Part shown: positions 13,285 to 25,889 of the stretch, one piece after another
How positions within the stretch are numbered: position 1 is the first letter of the stretch
Layout of the letters: every line of letters begins with the position of its first letter
Source: Octopus sinensis
Taxonomy: Eukaryota
DNA: 64,000 bases
NCBI RefSeq assembly: GCF_006345805.1
Contig: NC_043002.1
Coordinates: 67,146,001 to 67,210,000 of the forward strand
Reading direction: 5' to 3'
Notes under the pieces: generated by a model
What the model saw: the letters and a program-made list of their open reading frames with translations, nothing else
Told to the model about the DNA's origin: nothing
Databases searched by the model: none
Translations under genes and position numbers: made by a program

Positions 13285-13480
13285 ACGAATAGTCAAGAAG
13301 GAAGGCGAAAAAATAGATAAATACAATCCTTTTAAGTACGAAATAACACGGCTATGGAAAATGAAGTAGGTAAAGTTAGTACCATTTATTGCTGAATTCT
13401 TGGGGACAGCATCAGAAGGCATCAAGAAGAATATAAAGAAAATCGGAATAGGGTTCCCAGCAGAACTCCCACAAAACTCC
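13285..13480 (+). pseudogene. R4/Dong-like LINE, RLE C-terminal fragment
   Basis: Translates RIVKKEGEKIDKYNPFKYEITRLWKMK*VKLVPFIAEFLGTASEGIKKNIKKIGI, similar to the EKLSKYKDLEIEVTRMW..IPIIVGALG region of 55450-55905; followed by (TAA)n. Confidence 0.65.
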
Positions 13481-13523
<43 letters not shown>

Positions 13524-13526
<3 letters not shown>

Positions 13527-14076
13527 GATGCAGTACCAGGCAGTGGCTCTCATGGCTTCTGATCTTAACTGATTGCAAGTGTTATCATGTACATTGTTTT
13601 GTCTTGGTATCAAAGATGGGCTACAGCAAATATTCTGCTCAATACCACAGATTTGCTTGTCAGTTGTTTGACCTTAACCAGTTGAGCATGTCCCTTAGTG
13701 GCTGACGATATGTGTATCTCTGATCACGAGCAGAAGTAGTGGGGGAGCATCATAGCCATGTGTTGAGAGGGATTCTTTGGGGTTTGAATAATTCACCTTT
13801 GGAAACAGGGGTGTTTCGTTCAACATCCTTAAACAACCCTTATTCAGGGACCTTTTGAGCGGGATGAGTTACTCGACCATAAGAAAATACTAACTGGGCC
13901 CCACCTGCAAGGTCATGTGCTGTTTATCTTGATATGAGATCACCATGTCGCGCACATATGGTTGTGATGCATGTGCCTAGTGTACCCTTATCAGACGGGT
14001 AGTCATGATGGGTATACTGGGCTTCATATATTTTACCCCAGTGTCACTTTGATGGCATGCACTGCTCTCTCACTCA
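13524..14076 (+). repeat. ~550-bp interspersed repeat bounded by (TAA)n, copy 1 of tandem pair
   Basis: ACTGATGCAGTACCAGG...CTCTCACTCA; repeated at 14111-14663 and (minus) at 58010-58541. Confidence 0.9.
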
Positions 14077-14079
14077 ATA

Positions 14080-14110
<31 letters not shown>

Positions 14111-14113
<3 letters not shown>

Positions 14114-14663
14114 GATGCAGTACCAGGCAGTGGCTCTCATGGCTTCTGATCTTAACTGATTGCAAGTGTTATCATGTACATTGTTTTGTCTTGGTATCAA
14201 AGATGGGCTACAGCAAATATTCTGCTCAATACCACAGATTTGCTTGTCAGTTGTTTGACCTTAACCAGTTGAGCATGTCCCTTAGTGGCTGACGATATGT
14301 GTATCTCTGATCACGAGCAGAAGTAGTGGGGGAGCATCATAGCCATGTGTTGAGAGGGATTCTTTGGGGTTTGAATAATTCACCTTTGGAAACAGGGGTG
14401 TTTCGTTCAACATCCTTAAACAACCCTTATTCAGGGACCTTTTGAGCGGGATGAGTTACTCGACCATAAGAAAATACTAACTGGGCCCCACCTGCAAGGT
14501 CATGTGCTGTTTATCTTGATATGAGATCACCATGTCGCGCACATATGGTTGTGATGCATGTGCCTAGTGTACCCTTATCAGACGGGTAGTCATGATGGGT
14601 ATACTGGGCTTCATATATTTTACCCCAGTGTCACTTTGATGGCATGCACTGCTCTCTCACTCA
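14111..14663 (+). repeat. ~550-bp interspersed repeat, copy 2 of tandem pair (period 587)
   Basis: Appears identical to 13524-14076 by eye. Confidence 0.9.
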
Positions 14664-14717
14664 ATAATAATAATAATAATAATAATAATAATTATCATTA
14701 TTATTATATTATTATTA

Positions 14718-14751
<34 letters not shown>

Positions 14752-14752
<1 letters not shown>

Positions 14753-14958
14753 AAGCAGTGAGCTGGCAGAATCGTTAGCACGCTGGACGAAATGCTTAGC
14801 GGTATTTTGCCCGTTCTGAGTTCAAATTCTGCCGAGGTCGACCTTGCTTTTCATCCTTTCGGGGTCAATAAATTAAGTACTAGTGAAATTCTGGGGTCGA
14901 TGTAATCGACTAGTCCCCCTCACCCCAAATTTCAGGCATTTTGCCTATAATAGAAAGA
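14752..14958 (+). mobile_element. SINE family B
   Basis: GAGCTGGCAGAATCGTTAGCACGC...CATCCTTTCGGGGTC...TATAATAGAAAG. Confidence 0.85.
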
Positions 14959-15060
14959 ATTATTATTATTATTATTATTATTATCATTATTATTATTATT
15001 ATCATCATTATTATCATTATCATTATTATTATCATTATTATCATTATCATTATTATTAAT

Positions 15061-15091
<31 letters not shown>

Positions 15092-15250
15092 AGGTAGCGA
15101 GCTTGCAAAATCGTTAACATGGCGAGCAAAATTCGTATCGGCCATTTCATCTGATTTTACATTCTAAGTTCAAATTCGACTTTGACTTTCATCCTTTTGC
15201 GGTCGTTAAAATAAATATCAGGTCGATGTAATCGACTTATCTACTTCTCC
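15092..15250 (+). mobile_element. SINE family B, diverged
   Basis: GGTAGCGAGCTTGCAAAATCGTTAAC...GTCGATGTAATCGAC. Confidence 0.7.
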
Positions 15251-15624
15251 AAGAATGGAGGACAAGTTAAATTCAGGTGTACGCATGCATACACACCGAC
15301 ACATATATATACACACACACTCACATGCATGCATGAATGTATACATATATATATATATTAATCGGTGTGCATTCAAAGCAATAATTAATAAATTTACGAA
15401 ACCGGTATGCTTTTAAATCTCTTTAACAATTCACAATAATGACTTTTATTACTTTTATTCCTACCTCAGTTCATCTAATAGTATATATCTATCATTACTT
15501 TTCATAAAAATCCTTTACTTTTTTTTTATTTCCAGTGTGCATTTTCGCTTATTTTTCTTCTTACTTTTCCCCTTACATTTCCACGTGTAGTTTCTATTTT
15601 CCTTTTGTAACATATTTCTATTAT

Positions 15625-15679
<55 letters not shown>

Positions 15680-15724
15680 TAGATAGATAGATAGATAGAT
15701 ATAGATATATATACATACATACAT

Positions 15725-15756
<32 letters not shown>

Positions 15757-15945
15757 GCACTTATATATATGCACTTATATATATATATGTTTACACACAA
15801 TTAAGTAAAATTATGTTTTATTTAAAAAGAAATATTCGAAATGTCAGCAAGTGACTAAAACGTATATTTACCATTGAAATATATTACCATCTCAAGTACC
15901 ATCAATACACACACGCACACACATACACACACACATACACACGCA

Positions 15946-15984
<39 letters not shown>

Positions 15985-18221
15985 ACAACAAAATCAGTGA
16001 AATTTTGTAGTCTTCAAAAAGTAATTCTATATTTCTGAAGCGTTCATTACTAAAACCTATATCAGTATTGATTATAAATAACTAATTTACGTTCTCCCGT
16101 CAAGTTTTTTGCTTGCATGCATGTCTGTCGCGTCCTATCATTGTATTCGGTTTCTCTCTACAATTATAACAAACCGTCGTGTATATGTACTTGTGTATTT
16201 TCTGTTTGCTAGTTTTTTTTTACTCTCTCTCTCTCTCTTTCTCTTTCTCGCCTGTCTGCTTAATTTGATTTATCTCATGAAACTTCTATATCATATGAAA
16301 CTTCTATATCCAATTCAATATCATGGATACATAGCTATGACAATCGTAGATGTGTATAGAAATATGAAGCAGATATTCACAAATGCAAGCTGATGTCAGT
16401 AATACGATTCAATTGACAGCCATTTTAAGTTATTTATGATTTTAATCACTCTATTACTCTAACCGTGAAATACTCTGTAGTCTTCACTCAATTGACGTAT
16501 TGTAACTTTATGATTGGGAAACACAGTCAGTTGAATTATGAATTGCATTTGTATTAAAGCTACTTTCTCAATATAGAAGTTTTTCAAGAGGAAACTTTTG
16601 CTCAGAATTGAAACACATTCAATCGACATTTTCATATTGTCAACATTAATATAATTCTGTCTTGTCCTCTTTTCTTGGGTAATTGTGTTAATTTTGCTGT
16701 AGAGATTGTAAAATAAATAAATATAATAATAAGTGTAAATGCACTCAAAGTCTTCATGAGTTCATAAGGGTCATATATTTGTGTAAGGTTTAAAGTAATA
16801 AGATGTTGGAAGACACATATATCATGTTGGATCGAATGCCATTCTATTTTACCAAGTATTCCTGGATGATCTAGAATACGTTTCTTCTTTTCAATCGATA
16901 ATTAACTCTTTACTGTTCTGCGTTTCTCATGTGATACACAAAAAGTGTTTCCCCGGCGTCCATATATCATATATGATACACATTCCCAGTTTTTTTTTTC
17001 GTCCGACCGTCAGAGTAACTTGGAACTTATGAAAGGAAAGCTTTGTATTACTCAGAATGTATGAAACAAGGGCTAGCTAAAAATCTGAAAATAAGAATGA
17101 AAACGCTTTGGACAGGCGAAGTATTAGCGTATTGGAAAAATTACACAAATCTTTTTCTAGTAGATTGAAAATCATTAATTATCAACTGATAGTTCAATGC
17201 CTTAGCTAAATAACCATTCGCTTCGACAATATTTCAGAAATGCGAGACATTTAAAACATATTCACACTCAATCATATTTAATTCCCTTCGCCTACGCTTG
17301 TAAAGCTACAACATACAATTTGCGTCTGTACCCTTTGTGAAATTCATTCTTTCAGTTTTCTGTCAAACTTTTCCCCAGTGAAGGGCATAGATTCAAGGCT
17401 TGCTAAATAGGTTTTGTACCAACCCCAACTTCCACCACCCTTAAAAGCCAGAAATTTGAATTTATCTACCATTTGAAATAAATTACCTTTTCACAAAGCA
17501 TTAGGATGTATTACAAGTTTTTATATAATCTTGTACACGTGTTAACAGACGATTTGTGCTATCACCACTCACTGTAGGTTGTAATGTGTACAGCTTACAT
17601 CACTAACACATATAGTGAAGTGATTATACAGCAATGCATAGCTTGTTACAGTTAAAAGATTGTGACAAGATTGCTGAGTAAGTGGTGATGGCGTCTAATA
17701 CGAAAAGTACATCAAGTCAAGTGACAAGTTAATGTTATTCAACCTGCCTTGAGGGCATTACTTAGCGTTTCGCATTCCTACACTATTTAGAAACACAGTG
17801 TACTGCCATTTAAACATAAACGCTTATTATATGATAAGATGTTCAAGCTTACTTTATTATAATTTACATCTCGTTCATGTTTTAATGAACTGCTCAACTA
17901 CGATGCAATACTACTGTTTACCAATGTATTGGGTTATCAGATTAATTCGTTCGATTTGCTTCCTCCCACCCCCAATTCTTTCTAATCCTTTTGAAAATTA
18001 TTTTTACCGTAGTGTTTTTTTTTTGTACTTCTATTCTTCCTCTATATCGTTTGTTTATCGTTTTTGAACTTTGCATAATTTTTATCTCTTTTTAGACGTA
18101 TGGGTACTAAGGAGAAAAGGAAAACGAACGAATTTATCTGACAACTCAATATCTTTTATATTCACAAGCGTAGTGTTATCACATTTTAGTAAATAGTTGA
18201 GGGTATTTAAATAATGACTTC

Positions 18222-18612
18222 AAATTTTGGAACGAGGCCAGCAAGTTTGGAGAAGCGGATAAATCGATTACATCGACTCATGTAGTCAACTGGTACTAAT
18301 TTTATCGATCTCGAAATGATGAAAGGCAAAGTCAACTTCGGTAGAATTTGAACTCAGAACGTAAAGACGGACGATATACCTATTTCTTTACTACCCACAA
18401 GGGGCTAAACACAGAGAGGACAAACAAGGACAGACAAACGGATTAAGTCGATTACATCGACCCCAGTGCGTAACTGGTCCTTAATTTATCGACCCCGAAA
18501 GGATGAAAGGCAAAGTCGACCTCGGCAGAATTTGAACTCAGAACGTAACGGCAGACGAAATACCGCTAAGCATTTTGTCCGGCGTACAAACGAATCTGAC
18601 AGCTTGACGCTT
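18222..18612 (-). mobile_element. SINE family B composite (long unit plus headless second unit)
   Basis: Two B cores in tandem joined at (minus) AAAGAAATAG/GTATATCGTC. Confidence 0.85.
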
Positions 18613-20029
18613 TATGAGGATATTTAAATAATATGACAGAAGCCAATCTCTCTCTCTTTCTCTCTCTCACACACACATACACTCTCATTCCCCCTCTCTC
18701 CCAATCTGTCTTGGGGTAATTTTCAAGATGGAATATATTCTTACTTCCTATTTAGAACAGCTGGCTCTAACAAAATAACAAGCTATTCTTTGCACCATAT
18801 ATTCCAGTCGACATCTCCTGCTAAATCCTTTTGTTCCAACTCAGCATTCTAAAAATATTTATTTTAAATAACATAACCAGCAAAATACAAGGCGAAATAA
18901 AACCAAGCCAAAACAATGTGAGGTTTTAAAACATTAGGAGTTTTAACAGACACCAGATAACATATATGGGTTATTATCCTCGGTTTTTGTTCATTTTTAA
19001 AAGAATTCCTGAAATGCTAGAAGTAATAAACATAACTTGGTATCAAATCATACCCAGTTAGTGTTTGGTTTTTATCTTGGCGTCTATCTGTTTCATAATC
19101 AAGGAACTTTTATTTTTTCAAAAATTCCTTTTTAAGCAGGAATTGTCACTTTATTTCAGCCATTACTATTTCTGTATGTCACTGTATATTAGTAATATCT
19201 CACTATTTCGCTTTATCACACAGTATTTGGGATATACTATTTCAATAATATCGCCTTAATTCAATTACATTTCTATCCTATTGTGACAACAATCTCATTA
19301 TTTCAAAACACAAGATTAATACTTCTTTCAAACAAGAGTATATCTTTGGAAAGAAAAAAAATACATAAATAAATAAATAATACAAATAAAGTAAAAATCA
19401 AAATAAAAAATTACTATTTTTTCCATCCCAAGAAGCAAAAACAAAAACAGCAAGAATGTATTTTGCCGAAATCTAATATAATAAATGAAATTCTCGCTTT
19501 CCGTTCTCATGTATTTCTAAAGGAACGACGAAGCGCTGAGTAATCTTATAGATATTAGGCATGCTTCTATGTAATCTTTTATTACAGATACCACATTTTA
19601 TGTCATATTATATTTCCAGAAAGCTAGGCGGCCGAGATATCATAATGACTAAACTACAGATGCTAAGATTCCATTTATAAACAACTGTAAAAATTAAACG
19701 TCTAAATGAACTTATCCTACACGCACAACTCTTGCACAGTTACTAGTCTCCCGAAAAATCTAAGAACAGTTATTGGAACTATATTTGAAATGAGCTCAAA
19801 TTTGTTTACCAGTTGAATCTTAATATAATCTTGCTTTCATTATAACAAGCACTACAAAATGCCTCACTGATGTCTGATCTACCGAGACACTTCGAAAATT
19901 CATAATTGACCCGTAATTCCTATTAATGGTTTAAAAAACTGTAATAGAACACTCATAATTCTTTAATGAATATTTCAAATGACAAATTTAACAAACCTCT
20001 GTATATTATTATCGTTGCATGGCCCCAAG

Positions 20030-20165
20030 TCAGCCCTGATCATAAAAATAACTGCGTCATGCAGCAGTATCTAATTTAGCATGGGTTCTATGACTGGATG
20101 CCCTTCTTAATGGCAACCACTTTACAGACAGTACTGGGTGTTTTTTTTAATGGTACCAACACTGA
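20030..20165. repeat. Short repeat with an RTE-tail-like motif
   Basis: GACTGGATGCCCTTCTTAATGGCAACCACTTTACAG resembles GGATGCCCTTCCT motifs recalled from RTE-related 3' ends; single copy here. Confidence 0.35.
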
Positions 20166-20544
20166 TCGTGATTATCTGGTGGCTTGCAAGGTAGGGGCTT
20201 AAAATAATCCCTATAAATGAAAGAGAATTAAAGAAGGAGTAGCTGATGATTCGAGGCGATGAGCAAAATATTTAATCATGATTATCCAATATTTTAAAGG
20301 GTTTCAAACATTATGGTATCCAATGCATTCTTCCTTTATTTAAAGGTCTGTGGGGGTTGATTTGACAGAACTTCGGTTACTATTTTTAGCATGTTGAGCA
20401 GCCACGTAGAGAATACTTCGTTCACTCGTCCTATATGGTTTCATAAGGAGGGGTTCAATGTATCTCTTCAGAACTGTAGTAAGGGCACTTCACTGAGCGT
20501 GAACAGTTTGATGCAAACCTAATATTTGTCTCGCATAAAGCTGT

Positions 20545-20740
20545 GGGGAGGTAGAAACGTTAGCGCGCCGGACAATATGCTTAGTGACATTTGTTTCCCT
20601 CTCTTTATGTTCTTAGTTCAAATTCTTCCGATTCTGTCTATCTGGATCGATAAAATACAGCACCAGTCGAAAGTGGGGACGTTGTAAGCGACTCGACCCT
20701 ATCCCCAAATTGCTGGCCCTATGCTAAATTTGAGACCATC
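20545..20740 (+). mobile_element. SINE family B, diverged
   Basis: GGTAGAAACGTTAGCGCGCCGG...GTTCAAATTC...GCTGGCCCTATGCTAAATTTGA. Confidence 0.65.
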
Positions 20741-21215
20741 ATTAGCCTAACACCAAAATATAGATCGATCAAGAATGACATGCCTTCTCCACTTATTAAT
20801 AACATTGTATAGCCAGTTCTTAGACTAATCTTTTGTGAGAAAGCTGCACTATCAATTTCATCCCAATTTATTCTGGTATAATTCTGAAATCATTTAAATC
20901 AAATTATATTTACTTTATTGAACGCTTCTATCGGTTATCGTTTAATATTTACCAGCAATCCTTCATTTTATCGCGTTAGCCTTACTTCTATCCCTTACAC
21001 GTTATGCCCCAATATATCTACCAGTTTTACGATTAGAAAGCATTTAAAAGTTGCCTTAAAGACGATTATAATATAATGGCTGCGAATGGGAAATGGAAAT
21101 CCTGTGAATTATATTTAATATTTTCTTCAATATTATCTCAACATTCGGTTTCGATCTAATTTAACTATTAAAATCTTCATTAATGTTATTATTATTATCA
21201 TTATTATCATTATTA

Positions 21216-21246
<31 letters not shown>

Positions 21247-22371
21247 CATTTCAAATATGATTTCATTATTTTTTCTTATAAAGAGCCATTCATTTAAAAC
21301 TCACATGCGAAATCATGCAAATATGGTAAAATTTAGGTTATTTTACGAAATACTGACAAAATCGTAGACAGACTTTCATATTAATATTATTAGTAATAAT
21401 TTGCTTCCATGCATTTAATCGTTCCGTTGTAAATTCCTTCTTGCTACCCTTTTTTTTCGTTTTTTTTTTCCTTACATATTTCTGTGTTTTTCTCTTCCCT
21501 TTTATTTTCCATTTGACGATCATTTGCTTCTGTTACTTGTTCATCCTTCCTCTTCCATTTCCCTTTCGCAGCCATTTTATTACAATCGTTTTTAAACACC
21601 CACTGCTGACAGAATTTTATTTTTTCCATCTGTCAGCTGTTGATTCGCTTTCAGTAAAGCCTTTATGTTTACCTTGATAAGAAAAGAAAATTTAGGAGGG
21701 AAAAGATGAATGAAGCAGACGAGAAATGACAAGGGAGTTTTACTACAGAAAAGAAGAAGAAGAAGAAGAAGAAGAAGAAGAAGAAGAAGAAGAAGAGAAG
21801 AAGAAGAAGCTTTTTAACAGCTCTTGAAATCGTTATTTGAAGACGAAGGACATGTTCTTCTTGCTAAGAAATATCTAAGGAGACGACGACAACGAAACCC
21901 ATTTTCGTAATTGATTAGAAAATAATATAATTGACTGAAAAATCGATAGTTTATCAAAATGCATTGCGTGCAACTCTCATACAAAAGAAACAAACATTAC
22001 TATTATGAAGCCAATATCAATATTTACAAACACATCATCTCTCTCTCCCTCTCTCTTCCCATCTATATATACACATACATAAACACACGCACACACACAC
22101 ACATAAATACGCGCACACACACACACACACATAAACATACACACTCCGTATTTGGTGGCATAAAAAATATACAGCATATGAGATTCAAACGAATTTCAGT
22201 AGCGCATTTTCAGGAAAAAGAGCATCAGGCCCAACTTCGTACATATTGGTCCTCAGTGAACTTTTTGAGACTTTGTCTTTTTGAAAAAAACTGCGTCTTA
22301 TATGCCATTAAATACGGTGCTCACACGCGCGCGCGCACACATACACACACATATGAATATGTATATATGTA

Positions 22372-22428
<57 letters not shown>

Positions 22429-22579
22429 GTATTTATGTGTGTCTATATATACGCGGGGATGTGTGTGTGCATGCGCCTGTGTTTCGGAGATTTATTTAGA
22501 TAATTTGCGTCACAATAAAATTATTATTTGCTATTATTGAGAGAAACCAATTTGTTAGGGGAGTTTAGACGCTACGAGG

Positions 22580-22619
<40 letters not shown>

Positions 22620-22629
22620 GTATGTTTGA

Positions 22630-22810
22630 GAATCGCAAGCGTGTCGAGCAAGGTGTTTACGTTCTGAGTTCAAAATCCGCCGAAGTCGACTTTGCCTTTC
22701 GTTCTTTCTGAATTAATAACATAAACACCAGTTGAGTATTGGAATCGATGTAATCGACTTTCGCTGTTCTTTTAAAAATTGCTGACCTTGTTACAAAACT
22801 TGAAACTATA
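22630..22810 (+). mobile_element. SINE family B, headless
   Basis: TTACGTTCTGAGTTCAAAATCCGCCGAAGTCGACTTTGCCTTTC. Confidence 0.75.
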
Positions 22811-22874
22811 CTCGGGGATAAGGTAGAACTTAACCCAGTGGAGTTCGTATTTAGAATATTGGAACCCTTAATTC

Positions 22875-23272
22875 TTATTTCTTTATTGCCCACAAGTGGC
22901 AAACATAGAGGGAACAAACAAGGACAGATAAAGGGATTAAGTCGATTACTGGTACTTAATTTATCGACTCCGAAAGGATGAAAGGCAAAGTCGACCTCGG
23001 CGGAATTTGAACTCAGAACGTAACGGCAGATGAAATACCTATTACTTTACTACCCACAAGGGGCTAAACACAGAGAGGACAAACAAGGACAGAAAAAGTG
23101 ATTAAGTCGATTATATCGACCCCAGTGCGTAACTGGTACTTAATTTATCAACCTCGAAAGGATGAAAAGCAAAGTCGACCTCGGCGGAATTTGAACTCAG
23201 AACGTGGCGGCAGACGAAATACCGCTGAGCATTTCGCCCGGCGTGCTAACGGTTCTGCCAGCTCGCCGCCTT
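22875..23272 (-). mobile_element. SINE family B composite (two long units)
   Basis: Tandem B units with GGATGAAA(G/A)GCAAAGTCGACCTCGGCGGAATTTGAACTCAGAACG at about 22975 and 23160; head ends GCTCGCCGCCTT. Confidence 0.9.
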
Positions 23273-23554
23273 AATTCTGTCAGTCGTAGAACACCCAAGA
23301 TGTCTATTCGGTTATTTACAAACTTAAAATCCGTCAGATACAAAAGAAAGAAACCGTACAGTATGATATTAGTAAGTTTCACAAATCACTGATATAAGCA
23401 CTGAGAAGTGATTGGAACCTGAAATGAAAGCCATGTCGCGGATTTACTTAACTGGAGAGAAAAACTTTTCTCTAAATAAGTAAATAGTTATTTCCAGCAT
23501 AGAAACGAAATCGACGAAATGATCTTGCATTGATTTTCTGTCAAATAAATATAC

Positions 23555-24120
23555 TTACACTTTTACTCTTTTACATGTTTCAGTCATTTGATTGCGGCCA
23601 TGCTGGAGCACCACCTTTAGTCGAGCAAATCGACCCCCAGGCCTTATTCTTTGTAAGCCTAGTACTTTTCTATGGGTCTCTTTTGCCGAACCGCTTATTT
23701 ACGGGGACGTAAACACACCAGCATCGGTTGTCAAGCGATGCTGGGGGCCAAACACAGACAAATAAACATAAACACACACACACACACACACACACATACA
23801 TACACACATATATATAAATATAGGGAGAATTTACAAAAAAAAGCAAAAGATTAAGACAGGTGCTGTAGACAACAAACAGATGTATTAGTTTAACGCTTGG
23901 GAAGTGAAAAAGTCTTTAACATTTCGAGCCTACGCTCTTCCACAGAAAGGAACACATATACATATATATACGACGGGTTTCTTTCAGTTTCCGTCTACCA
24001 AATCCACTCACAAGGCTTTGGTCGGCGAGGCTATAGTAGAAGACACTTGCCCAGGATGCCATGCAGTGGAACTGAACCCGGAACCACGTGGTTCGTAAAC
24101 AAGCTAATTACCACTCAGCC
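23555..24120 (-). mobile_element. SINE family A interrupted by a PLE-like fragment
   Basis: Complete A body with an unrelated ~135-bp insert (23820-23955) in its internal microsatellite. Confidence 0.85.
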
Positions 24121-24812
24121 ATTTTACATATCTGGTTTAAACGGATACACCTAGCGAGATATATTTTCATCTACTTCAACAAGTAATAAATTACTTGTTA
24201 TTTCAAATGGGTGACTTTGGCGGATTGTCATCTGCAGAAAATACTTCGGTCGGGATTCCGGAAAGTCGCTTCCAAGAAAACCCATTAAAGCTAAATTCAG
24301 TAGAAATAAATTCACTGAGGTCGTACATGTAACAAACTAAATTGTAAAACTGACTCTACTTCACGCTCTAAAGCTCATAAGATAACTATAATGTTACAAT
24401 ATATATTTCTTTAGTTTCTTTTATTAAATTGCTTCTATATTCTTAAATCTATTTCGACTGAAACGAAGCTCAGTAACTAACATGTACTTCCGACGTGTGT
24501 AGAATGATAAGAGCTTGGTTATTGTTAGTGAGCTTGGACAAACATACATAAAACATGTTCAACTATTTCACGTGGATTATTGTTATAGGTTGCTAATCTG
24601 AAATTACGTTCGAGGAACGAAAAGGAATCCAGAAATCCCTTTCAATACATCTCTGCAGCGTTCCGTTTCTAAATATGCTATATCATTATCCAGATCTTTA
24701 ATAGGCACGAGTTTACATACAACTCTCGGTACATTTATGACAATAAACAACATCAACTTTTCAATGAGTATCACATGGATACGATGAGTCATTAGAAATT
24801 TATTATTTCATA

Positions 24813-25226
24813 GGTGTAGGAGTGGCTGTGTGGTAAGTAGCTTGCTTACCTACCACATAGTTCCGGGTTCAGTCCCACTGCATGGCACCTTGGGCAAGTG
24901 TCTTCTACTATAGCCTCGGGCCGACCAAAGCCTTGTGAGTGGATTTGATAGACGGAAACTGAAAGAAGCCCGTCGTATATATGTATGCATATGTGTATGT
25001 GTGTGTGTGTTTGTGTGTCTGTGCCCCCACCCAACATCGCTTGACAACCGATGCTGGTGTGTTTACGTCCCCGTCACTTAGCGGTTCGGCAAAAGAGGTC
25101 CATAGAATAAGTACTAGGCTTACAAAGAATAAGTCCTGGGGTCGATTTGCTCGACTAAAAGCGGTGCTCCAGCATGGCCACAGTCAAGTGACTGAAACAA
25201 GTAAAAGAGTAAAAGTAAAAGAGAGA
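24813..25226 (+). mobile_element. SINE family A, full length
   Basis: Head to (GTAAAAGA)n tail; close to consensus. Confidence 0.92.
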
Positions 25227-25664
25227 GTATAGCAGAAGTCATTACAAAAAAAAATAGTAAAATGTAAATCTAGGAGATGTTAACTGAGCTCAGTTCCATA
25301 AACTTAATGATTATGGGGCTATTTTTCACTAATACACTTAAACTGTTTGACTTTTATTTGTACAACAGAGGAATTGAATATATACGATGTTATGTTTGCA
25401 AAACAAAATTATAAGAACTCCTTCGTCAAGTTTGGATTTTGTGTTGAAAACATAACTTACTCGGTGGGACAAATAAACTTCAAACAGTTTAACTGTATTT
25501 GTGTAAACGATCCCAACGAAGGAGTTCTTATTTTTTATGGAGCCCTAGAGGACTCATAAAGCCGGTTAACTAGTTTCCATGACATAACTGACCAGGATTA
25601 CAACATTCCCTCTGAACGGGACGCCGGTTCTTTGTAGGATTGAAGGCTATCAATTTTTTTCTTG

Positions 25665-25838
25665 GAGGGGCAAGGAGATTCCATCGATTCCAGTACTTAA
25701 CTGATACTCTATTTTATCGACCCCGAAGGGTTGAAAGGTAAAACTAACCTCAGCGTGATTTGAACGCAAAGAGCCGGAAGAAATGTCACTAAGCATTTTG
25801 TCCGATGTACTAACGATTCTGCCAGCTCGCTACCTTAT
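25665..25838 (-). mobile_element. SINE family B
   Basis: TTATCGACCCCGAAGGG...CTAAGCATTTTG...CTGCCAGCTCGCTACC. Confidence 0.75.
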
Positions 25839-25889
25839 TAGATTATACTACAAACACACACATAAAGATCCAAAGTTAATAACTTACAA

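Noticed and set aside
13524-14663. CRISPR-like or other repeat-spacer array
   Set aside because: Eukaryotic context; the repeats are whole duplicated units or microsatellites with no unique spacers of regular length.
17545-17690. Short inverted match (GCTATCACCACTCAC / GTAAGTGGTGATGGC) as a MITE or pre-miRNA
   Set aside because: Only about 18 bp of imperfect pairing, with an interior that does not fold convincingly.
21830-21910. Possible exon LLKSLFEDEGHVLLAKKYLRRRRQRNPF after TTTTTAACAG
   Set aside because: Short, with a weak donor, no homology I recognise and no partner exons.
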